A stretch of 62,761 nt of DNA from positions 1 through 62,761 of the forward strand of contig JBEKKH010000001.1 of NCBI GenBank assembly GCA_050010815.1, written 5' to 3'. The notes under the pieces were generated by a model. The model searched no databases. It was not told the origin of the DNA and saw nothing but the letters and a program-made list of their open reading frames with translations. The translations under genes and the position numbers were made by a program. Below are positions 16,717-26,126 of the stretch, piece by piece (within the stretch, counting starts at the first letter, position 1; each line of letters starts with the position of its first letter). The DNA is from Streptosporangiaceae bacterium (GTDB lineage Bacteria > Actinomycetota > Actinomycetes > Streptosporangiales > Streptosporangiaceae).

Positions 16717-17883
16717 ATGAGTTTCCGCAGACGCCCGGGCGTGGGTCCCTCCCGCGCCGTCACCGCTGCCGTCGCCGCCGTCGCCGCGGCCACCCTGATT
16801 GCCGCCTGCAGCTCGAGCGGGTCGAGTTCCGGCGCCACGTCTACCAGCTCGGCCAAGTCCGCCGCCCAGACCGCGATCGGGGTGGACCTCACCTACAACA
16901 ACACGGCCTTCTGGTCCGCCTACATCAACTACGAGACCCAGTACGCGGCGCAGCTGCACATCCGCACCATCGGCCCGCTGCTCGCCGGGGCCGACGCCAA
17001 CCTGCAGAACACCCAGATCGAGAACCTGGTCAACGAGGGCGCCAAGGCGATCATCGTGAACCCGGAGACGGCGACCAGCCTCGGGCCTGCCATCGCCTAC
17101 GCGGCGGCCCGCCACGTGCAGCTGGTGTCCGTCGACACCATCGTCGGCGCCGGCAAGGTGTACATGGTGGTCCGCGCGTCCAACACGCAGTACGGCCAGG
17201 ACGCCTGCGCCGAAATCAGCTCGAAGGTCAAGTCCGGCTACGTGCTTGACATCGAGGGCGACCTGACCTCCTCCAACGGCGCCGACCGGACCAACGCCTT
17301 CAACCAGTGCATGGCGGCGAACGACCCGGGCGTGCACGTCCTGAAGGACCCGACGGTCTGGATCGAGGCCACCGCGGTCACCGACGCGCAGAACGCGGTG
17401 AACGCCTACGGCAGCCAGCTCAAGGCGATCTACTCGCAGTGGTCCAGCCCGGACACCGGCATCATCCCGCTGCTGAAGTCCAAGGGCCTGACCGGCAAGG
17501 TGATGGTCATCAGCGACGACGGGGTGCCGTTCGAGATGTGCGACATCTCCCAGGGGACGCTGAGCGCCTCCCAGTCCCAGCCCGCCAACCTGTACGCCTA
17601 CTGGGCGCTGAAGTACGCGCTCGACGCGGCCAACGGCGTCAAGCTGAGCGCGGGCCAGCCGGGCGGCGGCGCTCCTGCGCTGGCGATGGTCAGTTTCGCG
17701 GGCGACAGCAACCTGGGCGACCCGATCGTGCCGCCGTTCGTCACCAAGGCCGCGCAGAACCTGACCGTCACCCCGGTCGACGGACTGTCCGGGTCAGTGG
17801 CCACCACGCCGGTCAGCGACTCCTCGCTGTGGGGCAACGTGTACGGAAACGCGCACGGCGGCGTCTGCAGCTCCTCGGCTTGA
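16717..17883 (+). CDS. Sugar ABC transporter substrate-binding lipoprotein (PBP1 type)
   Basis: Lipobox LIAACSSSG and a periplasmic-binding-protein pattern. RBS is AGGAGG. Confidence 0.8.
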   Translation: MSFRRRPGVGPSRAVTAAVAAVAAATLIAACSSSGSSSGATSTSSAKSAAQTAIGVDLTYNNTAFWSAYINYETQYAAQLHIRTIGPLLAGADANLQNTQIENLVNEGAKAIIVNPETATSLGPAIAYAAARHVQLVSVDTIVGAGKVYMVVRASNTQYGQDACAEISSKVKSGYVLDIEGDLTSSNGADRTNAFNQCMAANDPGVHVLKDPTVWIEATAVTDAQNAVNAYGSQLKAIYSQWSSPDTGIIPLLKSKGLTGKVMVISDDGVPFEMCDISQGTLSASQSQPANLYAYWALKYALDAANGVKLSAGQPGGGAPALAMVSFAGDSNLGDPIVPPFVTKAAQNLTVTPVDGLSGSVATTPVSDSSLWGNVYGNAHGGVCSSSA

Positions 17884-17888
17884 TCCGC

Positions 17889-19493
17889 ATGAGCGATCCG
17901 GACGTTCCCGCCGCGCTGGCCACCGCCCCCCCGATGGCCAGCGCGGCGGGCATCCACAAGCGGTTCGGCAGCACGTACGCGCTGCGCGGCGTCGGGCTGA
18001 GCCTGTACCCAGGCCGCTGCCTCGGCCTGGTCGGCCGCAACGGCGCGGGCAAGTCCACGCTGGTCTCGATCCTGTCCGGCATCACCGCCCCGGACGAGGG
18101 CGAGGTCCGGTTCGACGGGCAGCCCGCGCCCTCGCTCGGCGACATCGCCGCCTGGCGAGGGCGCATCGCGACCGTGTTCCAGCACTCCATGGTGGTACCC
18201 GGCCTGACCGTGGCGGAGAACGTCTTCCTCGGCCGCCAGCCCCCCCGCCGCGGCGTCCCGAAGAGCCTCGGTGTCGTCGACTGGCGCCGGATGCGCGAGC
18301 AGGCCAGCAAGATCATGACCGACTGGGGCTTCGAGGTGAGCGCCGACGCCCCCTGCGCCAGCCTCACCGTCGAGCAGCGGCAGGTCGTCGAGATCACCCG
18401 GGCGCTGGCCGCGGGTACCCGCTGCCTGCTGCTCGACGAGCCCACCGCGGCCCTCGAGCGCGGCGCGGTGCTGCGCCTGTTCGAACGCATCCGCCAGCTG
18501 CGCGAGGCCGGCGTGGCCATCATGTACATCTCCCACCACCTGGAGGAGGTCTTCGAGATCTGCACCGATGTCGCCGTGCTCAGGGACGGCGAGCTGGCGC
18601 TGACCGCCCCGGTAACCGAAGTGACCAAGGACGGCCTGGTCACCGCCATGGTGGGGGAAAAGAAAAAAGATCATTACCCGGAACGGGCCGTGGTGCAAGC
18701 CCCGGCACCCGGGCTTGCTCCCCCGCAGTCACGCGGCCAGGGCCGGCCGGGCGCCGCGGACCTGGTCGTCACCTCGGTCACGATGGCGTCCACCGGCGTG
18801 CGCCTTTCCGGTGTCTCGCTGACCGTCCGCGGCGGCGAGCGGGTCGGCCTCACCGGCCTGCGCGGCTCGGGCGCGACCACGCTGGCCAGGATCGTGGCCG
18901 GGGCGGCCGCTCTGGACGCGGGCGAGGTGCGCTTCGGCGGCCGCGTGCTCGCCGCTGGCGACCGGGCCGCGGCGCTGCGGGCCGGCATCGGCTACATCCC
19001 GGAGGACCGGCAGGCCGATGGTTTCGTGCCGCTGCTCGGCGCGGCGGAGAACATCGCGATGACGATCACCGACCGGATCGCCCGGGCCGGCTTCGTCAGC
19101 CCGAAGCGCCGCGAGGAACGCGCGGCGCCGCTGGCCCGGCGGCTCTCGCTGGTGTCGGCCGGGCTCGGCCAGCAGGTCCGGGAGCTGTCCGGCGGCAACC
19201 AGCAGAAGGTCACGGTCGCCCGCGCCCTGGCCAGCGATCCGGCGCTGATCGTGGCCATCACCCCGACCCGCGGCGTAGACGTGGCCTCCAAGGAGCTGCT
19301 GCTGGCCGAGCTTGACCGGATCACCTCCGAAACCGGAGCGAGCCTGCTGCTCGCCAGCGACGAGCTTGACGACCTGGCCATCTGCGACCGCGTGCTGGTG
19401 CTCGTCCGCGGCGAGATCTTCACCGAGTTCACCGAGCCGCCCTTCGACCGCGAGGCCCTGATCGCGGCCACCGAAGGGCTGGGAGAAAAATGA
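17889..19493 (+). CDS. Sugar ABC transporter ATP-binding protein (two fused NBDs)
   Basis: The real start is the ATG at 17889 within ORF 17307..19493. Walker A is GRNGAGKST, with LSGGNQQK and a second NBD. Confidence 0.9.
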   Translation: MSDPDVPAALATAPPMASAAGIHKRFGSTYALRGVGLSLYPGRCLGLVGRNGAGKSTLVSILSGITAPDEGEVRFDGQPAPSLGDIAAWRGRIATVFQHSMVVPGLTVAENVFLGRQPPRRGVPKSLGVVDWRRMREQASKIMTDWGFEVSADAPCASLTVEQRQVVEITRALAAGTRCLLLDEPTAALERGAVLRLFERIRQLREAGVAIMYISHHLEEVFEICTDVAVLRDGELALTAPVTEVTKDGLVTAMVGEKKKDHYPERAVVQAPAPGLAPPQSRGQGRPGAADLVVTSVTMASTGVRLSGVSLTVRGGERVGLTGLRGSGATTLARIVAGAAALDAGEVRFGGRVLAAGDRAAALRAGIGYIPEDRQADGFVPLLGAAENIAMTITDRIARAGFVSPKRREERAAPLARRLSLVSAGLGQQVRELSGGNQQKVTVARALASDPALIVAITPTRGVDVASKELLLAELDRITSETGASLLLASDELDDLAICDRVLVLVRGEIFTEFTEPPFDREALIAATEGLGEK

Positions 19494-20629
19494 GCGAGCC
19501 GGAAAGCCGCGGCACCGCCCGCATTGAGAACCCGAGCGAGCCAAAGGGGGGCGGCGTCGCCTGGACTGAGGAGGGAGGACCGAGCGACGAGGCGCCCTGG
19601 AGGCGAGCGGCAAACAGAGCATGGGGAGATGGCCGGGGCCCCGGGGGCGAGCGGGCTAGCAGAGCGGTCTCATGGCTCCGCGAGGCCGCGCTGCTGCCGG
19701 TTCTTGTCGTCCTCATCGTCGTGGGCGCCCTCCTGAACAGTCATTTCCTGACCGTCTCGAATCTCACCGGGATCGGCCAGCAGATCTCCGCACTCGGCGT
19801 GGTGGTGGTGGGCGAGTCGCTGATCCTGCTGATCGGCGGCATGGACCTGTCGCTCGAGGCCACCTACGGGCTCGCGCCGATGGTGGCCGCGTGGCTGCTC
19901 GTACCGGTGGCGGCCTTCGGCGACGGGCTGCTGCTCAACCCCTATCTCGGCATCGGAATCTTGCTGGCGGTCGGCGTGGCGGTCGGGTTCGTCAACGGGC
20001 TGCTGATCGTCAAGGGCAGGCTGAACGGCTTCATCGTCACACTGGGCATGACGATCCTGCTCGCGGGCATCCAGGACGGCATCGTCAAGGGACAGTCCCC
20101 GTTCAACCTGCCCAGCGCGTTCAGCTATCTCGGTGCGGCGAATATCGGAGCCGTCCCGGTCTCGCTGATCGTCGCGGCGCTGATCTTCATCGCCGCCGGG
20201 CTGTTCCTGCGCTATCACCGGGCCGGCCGGGCCATCTACGCTATCGGCGGGAACCGGGAGGCGGCGCGGGCCGCCGGGATCAAGGTGGACCGGGTACGGA
20301 TCGGCGTCTACGTGACCGGCAGCGTGCTGGCCGCGATCGGCGGCCTGATGGAGGCGGGCCGGGTGTCGTCGGTGACGAGCTCCCAGGGATACGGCGAGGG
20401 CATCATCTTCGCGGTGTTCGCCGCCGCGGTCATCGGCGGCGTCTCGCTGCAGGGCGGCCGGGGCAACATGGTCGGCGCGGCCTCCGGCGTGGTGCTGCTC
20501 GGCGTGGTGCAGAACATCCTGGACCTGGAGAACGCCCCGAACTACTGGATAGACGCGATCGATGGCGCCGTCATCTTGTTCGCGCTGATGCTAGCCCGTG
20601 TCATCGGCGGGGAAGCGAGCGCCGAATGA
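19490..20629 (+). CDS. Sugar ABC transporter permease (RbsC/XylH type)
   Basis: Multiple TM helices and a conserved GGxDLS motif. ATGA overlap with the ATPase gene. It has an unusual charged N-terminal extension of about 60 aa. Confidence 0.8.
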   Translation: MSEPESRGTARIENPSEPKGGGVAWTEEGGPSDEAPWRRAANRAWGDGRGPGGERASRAVSWLREAALLPVLVVLIVVGALLNSHFLTVSNLTGIGQQISALGVVVVGESLILLIGGMDLSLEATYGLAPMVAAWLLVPVAAFGDGLLLNPYLGIGILLAVGVAVGFVNGLLIVKGRLNGFIVTLGMTILLAGIQDGIVKGQSPFNLPSAFSYLGAANIGAVPVSLIVAALIFIAAGLFLRYHRAGRAIYAIGGNREAARAAGIKVDRVRIGVYVTGSVLAAIGGLMEAGRVSSVTSSQGYGEGIIFAVFAAAVIGGVSLQGGRGNMVGAASGVVLLGVVQNILDLENAPNYWIDAIDGAVILFALMLARVIGGEASAE

Positions 20630-21939
20630 CCAAGATAACCGGCTTCCAGACCTTTGACGTGCGGTTCCCCACCTCCAGGACGCTGGCCGGGTCGGACGCG
20701 ATGAACCCGGCCCCCGACTACTCCGCCGCCTACCTTGTCATCCGGACTGACGCGCCGGACCCCGCGCTGGCGGGCCACGGGTTCGCGTTCACCATCGGCC
20801 GGGGTAACGACGTCCAGCTCGCCGCGATCCGCCTGCTCGAGCCGTTCCTGGCCGGCCAGGACGTGGACGAAATCCTCGCCGATCTCGGCGGCCTCGGGCG
20901 CCGCATGGTCAGCGACAGCCCGCTGCACTGGCTCGGCCCGTCCTGCGGTGTCATCCACATGGCCACCGGCGCGGTGCTCAACGCGTGCTGGGACCTGGCC
21001 GCCCGCCGGGCGGGCAAGCCGCTGTGGCTGCTGCTCGCCGAGATGAGCCCGCAGGAGATCACCGAGCTGGTCGACTTCCGCTACCTATCCGACGCGCTAA
21101 CCCCCGACGAGGCGCTGGCCATGCTCGAGCGCGGCGCGGCCGGCCGGACCGGGCGGATCGCCACGCTCCGCCGGGACGGCTACCCCGCCTATTCGACCGG
21201 TCCCGGCTGGCTCGGCTACTCCGACGAGCGGCTGGCCGCGCTGTGCGCGGAGGCGGTCGCCGAGGGCTTCACCCAGGTGAAGATCAAGGTCGGCGCGGCG
21301 CTTGAGAACGATAAGCGCCGGTGCGCGATCGCCCGGGAGGTGGTGGGCGACGACATCGGCATCGCCATCGACGCGAACCAGGTCTGGGACGTGCCGACCG
21401 CGATCGCCTGGATCAGGGAACTGGCACCATTCCAGCCCGCCTGGGTCGAGGAACCGACGGCGCCCGAGGACATCCTGGGCACGGCCGCCATCCGCCGGGG
21501 CGTGCGCCCGGTCAAGGTGGCGACCGGTGAGCATGTCGCCAATCCGGTCATGTTCAAGCAGTTGCTGCAGGCCGGCGCCCTGGACGTCCTGCAGATCGAC
21601 GCGTGCCGCGTGGCCGGGGTGAACGAGAACATCGCCAACCTGCTGCTGGCCGCCAAATTCGGCGTGCCGGTCTGCCCGCACGCGGGCGGGGTCGGCCTCT
21701 GCGAGATCGTCCAGCACCTGTCGATGTTCGACTACGTGGCGCTGTCCGGTACGACGCAGGGGCGCCGGATCGAGTGGATTGACCACCTGCACGAGCACTT
21801 CGCCGCGCCCGCCAGGGTCACGGGCGGCAGCTACCGCACGCCGCTGGCGCCGGGGGCGTCCACCGAGATCCTCCCGCAGTCGCTGGCGGAGTACACCTAT
21901 CCATCGGGCCCGGCGTGGCGCAACGGCGGGTTGCCCTGA
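20626..21939 (+). CDS. fucD: L-fuconate dehydratase (enolase superfamily)
   Basis: [42 protein letters not shown] matches the FucD/ENOSF1 N-terminal signature. ATGA overlap with the permease gene. Confidence 0.8.
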   Translation: MTKITGFQTFDVRFPTSRTLAGSDAMNPAPDYSAAYLVIRTDAPDPALAGHGFAFTIGRGNDVQLAAIRLLEPFLAGQDVDEILADLGGLGRRMVSDSPLHWLGPSCGVIHMATGAVLNACWDLAARRAGKPLWLLLAEMSPQEITELVDFRYLSDALTPDEALAMLERGAAGRTGRIATLRRDGYPAYSTGPGWLGYSDERLAALCAEAVAEGFTQVKIKVGAALENDKRRCAIAREVVGDDIGIAIDANQVWDVPTAIAWIRELAPFQPAWVEEPTAPEDILGTAAIRRGVRPVKVATGEHVANPVMFKQLLQAGALDVLQIDACRVAGVNENIANLLLAAKFGVPVCPHAGGVGLCEIVQHLSMFDYVALSGTTQGRRIEWIDHLHEHFAAPARVTGGSYRTPLAPGASTEILPQSLAEYTYPSGPAWRNGGLP

Positions 21940-22898
21940 CCGTGCCTCTGCTGCTGGACACCGGCTCGCTGGGATCCTTCCCGCTCGGCTCTTTCCCGCT
22001 CGTTTTCGGCGGCGGGTCCATCGGCGGCCTCTTCGCGCCGGTCAGCGACGATGAGGCCGCGCAGACGCTCGAGGCCGCGTGGGAAGCGGGCATCCGGGCC
22101 TTCGATACCGCGCCGCACTACGGGGTCGGGCTGTCCGAGCGGCGCATCGGCGATTTCCTGGCGGGCAGGCCCCGGGGCGAATTCACCATGTGCACCAAGG
22201 TGGGGCGGCTGCTGGTGCCCGCGACCGGGTCCGTGGACGGGGCCGAGGAGTTCTACGGAACCCCGTCCCTGTCCCGGGTAAGGGACTACAGCCGGGACGG
22301 CGTGCTCGCCTCACTCGAAGGAAGCCTTCGGCGGCTGCGGCTGGACCGGGTGGACATCGCACTCATCCATGACCCGGAAGACTTCATGAACGCGGCGCTT
22401 GATGACGCGTACCCGGCGCTGGCGGACCTGCGGTCACAGGGCGTCGTGGGTGCCATCGGTGCCGGGATGAATTCCGCGGCTCCGCTGACCTGGCTCGTCG
22501 AGCGCTGTGACCTGGACTGCGTGCTCGTGGCCGGCCGGTACACGCTGCTCGACCGCTCGGCGGCGGACCACCTGTTCCCGCTGTGCCTCCAGCGCGGGAT
22601 AGCGGTGCTGGCCGGCGGCGTGTTCAACAGCGGCATCCTCGCCGACCCGCGCGAAGGCGCGCGCTACGACTACGCCCCGGCTCCAGCCGCCGTGGCGGCC
22701 CGCGCTCGCCGGATGCGCGACGCCTGCGCCAGGTACGGCGTCCCGCTGGCCGCGGCGGCGCTGCGCTTCACCCTGCACAACCCGGCCGTCACGGCCGCCG
22801 TGGTCGGCGCCCGCACCCCGGCGGAAATCCTCAGCGACGTCTCCTGTCTGTCGGCGCACATACCGGGCGCGCTATGGGCCGAGCTGGCAGGCGGTTAA
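21915..22898 (+). CDS. Aldo/keto reductase (L-fucose / D-threo-aldose 1-dehydrogenase-like)
   Basis: [11 protein letters not shown] and later AKR motifs. An alternative GTG start at 21942 lies 2 nt after the fucD stop. Confidence 0.75.
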   Translation: MAQRRVALTVPLLLDTGSLGSFPLGSFPLVFGGGSIGGLFAPVSDDEAAQTLEAAWEAGIRAFDTAPHYGVGLSERRIGDFLAGRPRGEFTMCTKVGRLLVPATGSVDGAEEFYGTPSLSRVRDYSRDGVLASLEGSLRRLRLDRVDIALIHDPEDFMNAALDDAYPALADLRSQGVVGAIGAGMNSAAPLTWLVERCDLDCVLVAGRYTLLDRSAADHLFPLCLQRGIAVLAGGVFNSGILADPREGARYDYAPAPAAVAARARRMRDACARYGVPLAAAALRFTLHNPAVTAAVVGARTPAEILSDVSCLSAHIPGALWAELAGG

Positions 22899-22979
22899 GA
22901 AATTTCGCGTGTGCGCTCGATGGTGATGGCGGCGGTTGACGGCGCGGAGCGCCAGGTCCCTGACCGAAACGATGTCCGT
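22895..22979 (-). pseudogene. Internally deleted remnant of a folB paralogue
   Basis: The 3' 48 bp and 5' 27 bp align with the two ends of folB at 27947..28300. The remnant reads [14 protein letters not shown] against YTAVVTIERSSEFS*, and TDIVSVRDL against MDTVSVRDL. The start codon is ACG, about 280 bp in the middle is missing, and the two ends are out of frame. Confidence 0.7.
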
Positions 22980-22984
22980 CCCGC

Positions 22985-23656
22985 TCACGGCACCGAGGCC
23001 AGCCACTGCTCGACGCCGGCGATGTGCACTGTCGCCCAGGACCTGGCGACCTCCGGCTCGTGGGCGGCGAGCGCGTCAAGGATGGAGCGGTGCTCGGCCA
23101 GCGTCTGTGAGCGCGCGCCGGTCTGGGTGAGGCCGCGCCAGACCCGGGCGCGGGTCGTCGGCCCGGACATCGACTCCAGCAGCGAGGAGAGCACCGAGTT
23201 GCCCGAACAGGCCACGATCCGCCGGTGGAACTCCAGGTCGTTCGCCACCAGTTCCTCCGCGGCCGGATCGGGCCCGATGCTGTCGAGCAGGGCGCGCAGG
23301 CCGTCAGCTTCGGAGTCGGTGATCCGCTCCGCCGCCATCGCGGTAGCGGCAGGCTCCAGGATGCGCCGGACGCGGAGGAACTCGAGCAGCGTGTCGTCCC
23401 GGTGGAAGTCGACGATGAAGCTCAGCGCCTCGAGCAGCAGCCGAGGTTCCAGGCTGGTCACGTAGGTCCCGTCGCCGCGTCGCACGTCAAGGATGTTGAC
23501 CAGGGACAGCGCGCGCACCGCCTCGCGCAGGGAGCTACGCGACAGGCCGAGGTCGGCGGCCAGGTCCGCTTCGCGCGGCAGCCGGTCGCCCGCGCGCAGC
23601 GTGCCAGACGTAATCATGTCTTTGACCTTTTCGATCGCCTCGTCAGTTACCGCCAA
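22985..23656 (-). CDS. GntR-family transcriptional regulator (FadR subfamily, FCD domain)
   Basis: Winged-helix pattern LPREADLAADLGLSRSSLREAVRAL plus an all-helical C-domain. TTG start. Confidence 0.85.
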   Translation of the reverse strand: MAVTDEAIEKVKDMITSGTLRAGDRLPREADLAADLGLSRSSLREAVRALSLVNILDVRRGDGTYVTSLEPRLLLEALSFIVDFHRDDTLLEFLRVRRILEPAATAMAAERITDSEADGLRALLDSIGPDPAAEELVANDLEFHRRIVACSGNSVLSSLLESMSGPTTRARVWRGLTQTGARSQTLAEHRSILDALAAHEPEVARSWATVHIAGVEQWLASVP

Positions 23657-23777
23657 GGCATCGCACCTGCCCTCCCCGCCCTTTCACGCCGCCCATCAGC
23701 CGCTATCTTCCGCCTTGGTAGATCCGATGTTTGCCCCGAGTATGGCATACCGTCGAGCTGGGCCATTGACGGCGGCA

Positions 23778-23788
23778 GCTGATACCAA
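23778..23788 (-). promoter_or_regulatory. TTGGTATCAGC motif upstream of the GntR gene
   Basis: Lies about 120 bp upstream of the GntR start, in the same orientation relative to transcription as the copy at 16566. Confidence 0.4.
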
Positions 23789-24093
23789 TGAGGGCATGGC
23801 CGATGACGACGCGGCGCGACCGCACGAGGCGCCGGGCGACCCAGCCGGGCGCTTCGCGGTCCCCGCGCTGACCGTCGAACTCGACGGTCAGGATCCGCCC
23901 CGGCGCGGGGCCGAACACGTACCCGCCCGTTCTAGCGTGGTTCCCGGCGGTCGTAGCCCTTCGCTGCCCGTTATCTCGACCACGGCCTGGTGCCCGGTGA
24001 TCGCCGGCCCGGTGCCGGGAAAGTCGAAGCGGCCCGCCTGCGCACCAGGCTTCCGCCGGAGCGAGCGCTCTGCGCACGGCCTGGCGCTAATGA

Positions 24094-24978
24094 TCACTGG
24101 CCTGCGGGCGCGACGTGAACGTCTTGATTGTGACCGGCTCGGCCGCGATTAGCCGGCAGCTGGGCCGCGATGCCGTCGAGCAGGCAGTGGAGGCCGAATT
24201 CGAAGCGCTCGTCCCTGGTCCGCGGATCGTCAGGGTCGACGCCCGATTCGATCAGGCGCGCGATCCGCGGGTAGCGGCCGCTGGCCTGGAACCACGTCCG
24301 GTAGCGCTCGCGGGTGGCCTGGAGCTCTTCGGCCGTCAGGTTCGCCTCGGCCAGCTCCTGGTCACGCTGGACGCGAACCTCCTGCGCCTCGCGTATCACC
24401 GCGCCCATCACGTAGGTCGCGACCGTGGCCATGATGTCCATGGTGACGCGGGGCTCCAGGTCAAGCCCGCCGAGCATGCCGAGCAGGCGCTCCAGGTTCC
24501 GTGCGTCGTTCGGCCCGGCCGGCGGCCTGCTGCCGATGAACTCCAGCGCCCACCGGTGCCGCTTCATGCCGGCCCGGGTCCGGTGGGCGAACGCTCCTAG
24601 GTCGGCGCGCCAGTCACCGGAAGGTTCGGGTACCTCGATTTCCGCCTCGATCGACTCCAGCATCAGGTCGAGCAGTTCTTCCTTCGACCCCACGTACCAG
24701 TACAGCGACATCGCCCCCGCGCCGAGCTCGCGGGCGATCCGCCGCATGCTGATCGCTTCGGGACCCTCGGCGTCCGCCACGGCGATCGCGGTGCGGACGA
24801 TCTCGGCCTGGGACAGGCCACGATCGCGGCGGGGCGGCTGCGCCCGGCGGTCGCGGTGCCGCTGGACGTGCCCGGCAATCCGCTGCTCGCGCTGGTCCTC
24901 CCGGGAGACCCGGCCGGCTCGCGGATAAGGGCGCGGGGGCCGGTCGAACGGCCACGGCTCCTCCTCGCGCTCGTCCAT
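24094..24978 (-). CDS. TetR-family transcriptional regulator
   Basis: EIVRTAIAVADAEGPEAISMRRIARELGAGAMSLYWYV is a TetR HTH. Divergent from the DrrAB-like genes. Confidence 0.85.
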   Translation of the reverse strand: MDEREEEPWPFDRPPRPYPRAGRVSREDQREQRIAGHVQRHRDRRAQPPRRDRGLSQAEIVRTAIAVADAEGPEAISMRRIARELGAGAMSLYWYVGSKEELLDLMLESIEAEIEVPEPSGDWRADLGAFAHRTRAGMKRHRWALEFIGSRPPAGPNDARNLERLLGMLGGLDLEPRVTMDIMATVATYVMGAVIREAQEVRVQRDQELAEANLTAEELQATRERYRTWFQASGRYPRIARLIESGVDPDDPRTRDERFEFGLHCLLDGIAAQLPANRGRAGHNQDVHVAPAGQ

Positions 24979-25081
24979 GCCTGCTCCTTTCGCCGCTCTA
25001 GCCTGCCCGGAACCAGTGTCCTGCTCGCCGATCCGGCGGCCGGCTAGGCGCGGAGGTTCGCGTTAAAGAAGTTGCCCTCTC

Positions 25082-25127
25082 GTACATCGTACTGTTATGG
25101 TACATCGTACTAGGACGTACAGCGTAC
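25082..25127. promoter_or_regulatory. Three GTACANCGTAC boxes (candidate TetR operators)
   Basis: GTACATCGTAC at 25082 and 25100, and GTACAGCGTAC at 25117, spaced 18 and 17 bp apart. They end 19 bp upstream of the ATG at 25146. Confidence 0.45.
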
Positions 25128-25145
25128 GAGTTACGGGGAGTAAGC

Positions 25146-26126
25146 ATGGCTGAGACTGCCGCCATCGAGGCGGAAGGGCTCGTCAAGAACTACGGAAAAA
25201 CGAGGGCACTGGCCGGGTTCGACCTGGCGGTGCCGCCCGGGACGGTCTACGGGCTGCTGGGGCCGAACGGCGCGGGGAAAACCACCGCCGTCCGGGTGTT
25301 CGCCACCCTCCTGCGCCCGGACGGGGGCCGGGCGCGGGTCCTGGGCTACGACGTGGTAACGCAGGCGGCCGAGATCCGGCGGCGCATCGGGCTGACCGGA
25401 CAGTACGCGGCGCTGGACGAATACCTCACCGGCCGCGCCAACCTGGTCATGATCGGCCAGCTCAGCAGGCTCACCGCGCAGGCGGCCAGGCGGCGCGCGG
25501 ACGAGATGCTCGAGCGGTTCAGCCTCACCGAGGCCGCCAGCCGGGCGGTCAAGACCTACTCCGGCGGCATGCGGCGGCGGCTGGACCTCGCCGCCAGCCT
25601 GATCGGCTATCCGTCGGTGCTGTTCCTGGACGAGCCGACCACCGGCCTGGACCCGAACGCCCGGGCCCTGATGTGGGAGATCGTGCGGGAGCTGGCCGAC
25701 GGGGGGACCACGCTGCTGCTCACCACGCAGTACCTGGAGGAAGCCGACCAGCTGGCCCGCCGGGTGGCGGTGATCGACGGCGGCCGGGTCATCGCCGAGG
25801 GGACGCCCGCCCAGCTGAAGGCGTCGGTGGGCGGCGAGCAGCTGACCGTCGTCCTGGCCGCGGGCGCCGACCTGGAGGCGGCGATCGTCGCGGCCAAGCC
25901 GTTCGCCACCGGCAGCGTCCAGCCCGGCGAGGACGGGCTCAGCATGTCTGTTCCCGTGACCGCCTCCGAAGGACTGACCACCCGCGTGGTGCGCGCTCTC
26001 GACGCCGCCGGAGTCCAGGTCAACGACGTGACGATTCAGCGCGCGTCGCTGGACGACGTGTTCCGCGCGCTCACCGGGAAGGCCGTCAGCACCGAAGCAG
26101 AGACCGAAGGGAGTGCGGCGGCATGA
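25146..26126 (+). CDS. ABC transporter ATP-binding protein, DrrA-like (ABC-2 exporter)
   Basis: Walker A GPNGAGKTT, signature YSGGMRRRL, and Walker B LFLDEPTTGLD. Confidence 0.9.
   Translation: MAETAAIEAEGLVKNYGKTRALAGFDLAVPPGTVYGLLGPNGAGKTTAVRVFATLLRPDGGRARVLGYDVVTQAAEIRRRIGLTGQYAALDEYLTGRANLVMIGQLSRLTAQAARRRADEMLERFSLTEAASRAVKTYSGGMRRRLDLAASLIGYPSVLFLDEPTTGLDPNARALMWEIVRELADGGTTLLLTTQYLEEADQLARRVAVIDGGRVIAEGTPAQLKASVGGEQLTVVLAAGADLEAAIVAAKPFATGSVQPGEDGLSMSVPVTASEGLTTRVVRALDAAGVQVNDVTIQRASLDDVFRALTGKAVSTEAETEGSAAA

Noticed and set aside
16624-17337. 237-aa minus ORF and other ORFs overlapping the sugar-binding protein and ABC ATPase genes (for example 17598..18698, 18729..19622)
   Set aside because: Alternative-frame artefacts. 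The plus-strand genes have clear ABC motifs and operon-style overlaps.
19672-20625. N-terminal 318 codons of the 755-aa ORF 19672..21939
   Set aside because: This part is an out-of-frame read-through of the permease gene. The true fucD starts at the ATG at 20626, which overlaps the permease stop.
23796-24097. Possible small gene or genes between the TetR and GntR genes (minus ORFs 23888..24097 and 23703..24077). The first starts with a GTG overlapping the TetR stop as GTGA.
   Set aside because: High GC3 appears only in patches (FDFPGTGPAITGHQAVVEI, then in another frame GYVFGPAPGRILTVEFDGQRGD). I recognise no family, and the region also carries the recQ 5' stub on the other strand. It may be a frameshifted remnant, but I cannot support a call.
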